From assembly GCA_004431415.1 (NCBI GenBank), contig QPMI01000395.1:62001-126000 (forward strand): a stretch of DNA of 64,000 nucleotides. Direction: 5' to 3'. Made by a program: the position numbers and the translations under genes. The notes beneath the pieces are model-generated. The model was given only the letters and a program-made list of their open reading frames with translations, was not told the origin of the DNA and made no database searches. The stretch comes from Cyanophora paradoxa CCMP329. Its lineage: Eukaryota > Plantae > Glaucophyta. Within the stretch, counting starts at the first letter, position 1, and every line of letters starts with the position of its first letter. Shown here in pieces: positions 62,401 to 64,000 of this stretch.

Positions 62401-63751
62401 GGCCAGAAAAGTAATTACGGAACTCGACTCAGAGCTCGGGGCGGACCGATGCGGGGAATGAGGGACTCGTCGGGGGGCGACTTCTGGTCCGCCCACACCT
62501 GCCCCCGGGCCCGGCCCCGCGCTCAGGGCAAGACGGTTGGAGAGGCGTTATCGGGAGAAATTAAAGGGACTCGGGGCTCGGGGGGCGGGGCGGGCACGAA
62601 GATGACGCCCTGGGCGAGGGCGATGGGGTAGGCGGCCACGCAGGCGCGGCGCTGGTTGATGGCGGCGCCGGCCTCGAGCTGCGGGATGCGCGCGCAGCGG
62701 CCGGATCCGTCGAACTGCCACCCGTGGTAGCCGCACTCGAGCAGGGGCCCCTCGAGGCGCCCGTCGGAGAGCGGCACCGCGCGGTGCGGGCACCGGTCCA
62801 GCACGCAGTGCACCGCCCCGCCCTCCCCCTGCGCCCCGGCCATGCCACCCGCGCGCGCCGGCGCCGGCGGCTCGGGACGAGAGGCGCGGCGCGGGGCGCG
62901 GGGCCGGGCGGGCGGGGCGCACGGCCCAGAGGACGAGGGGCTCGTCGAAGAGGGAGAAGGCGTACGGGCGGCCCCGCGGGAAGTCCTCCACGAAGGCCAC
63001 CGGGTACCTGCGCGCGCCCCCCGCCGCCCGGGCGCGCGTGAGCCCCGCAGCCGGTCCAATGGCCCGCGCGCCGGAGCTTCGACTTCGAATTCGCGGCACC
63101 AGTTCTTGCGCCACTCGAAGGGCTGCTGCTCGCGATCGGCCGCCGGCTCCGTCTGCTTTGCCGAGCCGGCCTCGGCCGACGACGACGGGAGCGGGCACGC
63201 GAGGCCAGCAGCTTGGCCGCCCCGCGCCTCGGGCTTGCGAGCCGGCGATGCCGCGCCCGCGCCGTTGCTGCCGCCGCTGACGGGCGCGTCGGAGCCGGTG
63301 GGTGCCGGCGGGAGGGGGCTGTCGACGTCTGGGCCGCCAAGCTCCGCCCGGACCGCGAATTCGAAGCGGGCTCCTGCGCGCGCGTAAGCAACCCAAATAA
63401 AAGCGATTCCGCATGTAAGTATGCTTTTTTAAGCTGAACCGGCACGTTTTCGCGCACTCTCCCGAGCGCACCTTGGCCTGCCGCGGCCGGCCAGCCGCCG
63501 CTCATGATCAGGAGGCGCGCGGGGGATCCCACGCCCGTGAAAAAGCTCCGGCTGCAGCTGATCGCCCCCGCTGCGGCCGGACGCCTCCGCCCGGCACCGC
63601 GTGAGCCGCCGGACCAAGCGGAACGAGAGCCGGCGCGATCAGCGCCGGCGGGGCGGCCGATCGCGAGCGGCGCAATTGCAAAGACGACGAGGGGCGCGGT
63701 CGGTGCTGAGGCGCGCGGGGGAGGGATCGGCGCCGCGAGAAAGGCCGCCAT
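59464..63751 (-). CDS. Plastid-targeted PaO/Tic55-family Rieske oxygenase (gene C)
   Basis: MAAFL transit peptide; CPHR...CGYHGWQF; ENLL/DPAHAAFAHS; VFYVVPLG; NVILDQD; FVAEFRRW; HVRGCPSC; ends YFPFAARLNKMP*. Confidence 0.9.
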
Positions 63752-64000
63752 CGCTGCGAGCGGAGAGCCTAAGCTTGAGGACTCGAGCTCGGGATCCGGA
63801 AGGGAGGAAACTCGCGGATAATCCTGGCCTCGACCTCGAGCTCGCCGCGGCGCCTCGAGCTCGATCGCGAGCTTCAGCTCGGGTGCACGAGATCTAGATG
63901 CACTAGATATCGATATCGCTGCGAGCGGATTTCAACGGTTAGAATTCGATCGCGGTGAGCCTTGGGGAAGAGGAAACTCGAGGCCAGGATATCATGAGCA

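Noticed and set aside
1-64000. tRNA, rRNA or other structural RNA genes; autonomous transposase or RepHel genes
   Set aside because: None recognised by eye; a covariance-model and HMM search would be needed to exclude them.

Overview
GC-rich, intron-dense eukaryotic nuclear DNA. Most ORF-track entries are noise; the real genes are split into many short exons. MAAF/MSAF-type plastid transit peptides suggest a glaucophyte such as Cyanophora (inference). Left to right: an F-box gene (6-2031, -); a small hypothetical gene; two copies of a 3.5-3.8 kb non-autonomous CACTA/EnSpm-like transposon 93 bp apart; then a ~11-12 kb block present three times in tandem (10424-45117). Each block carries a plastid-targeted PaO/Tic55/PTC52-type Rieske oxygenase (gene A), two hypothetical genes, MITEs and a non-autonomous Helitron2-like element. 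After the array come a deleted Rieske pseudogene inside an older inverted duplication, palindrome-riddled repeat DNA, and a co-oriented minus-strand trio: a SABATH-family methyltransferase and two further Rieske oxygenases (B, C). Main observations: (1) a candidate plastid Rieske-oxygenase/SABATH metabolic gene cluster; (2) the SABATH gene carries transit-peptide exons homologous to those of the Rieske genes; (3) genes A and C share a near-identical N-terminal half but have divergent catalytic halves; (4) repeated duplications of exon-intron junctions, one of which looks like an intron gain. Exon models were read by eye, and single-base indels in G/C runs are treated as probable sequencing errors.
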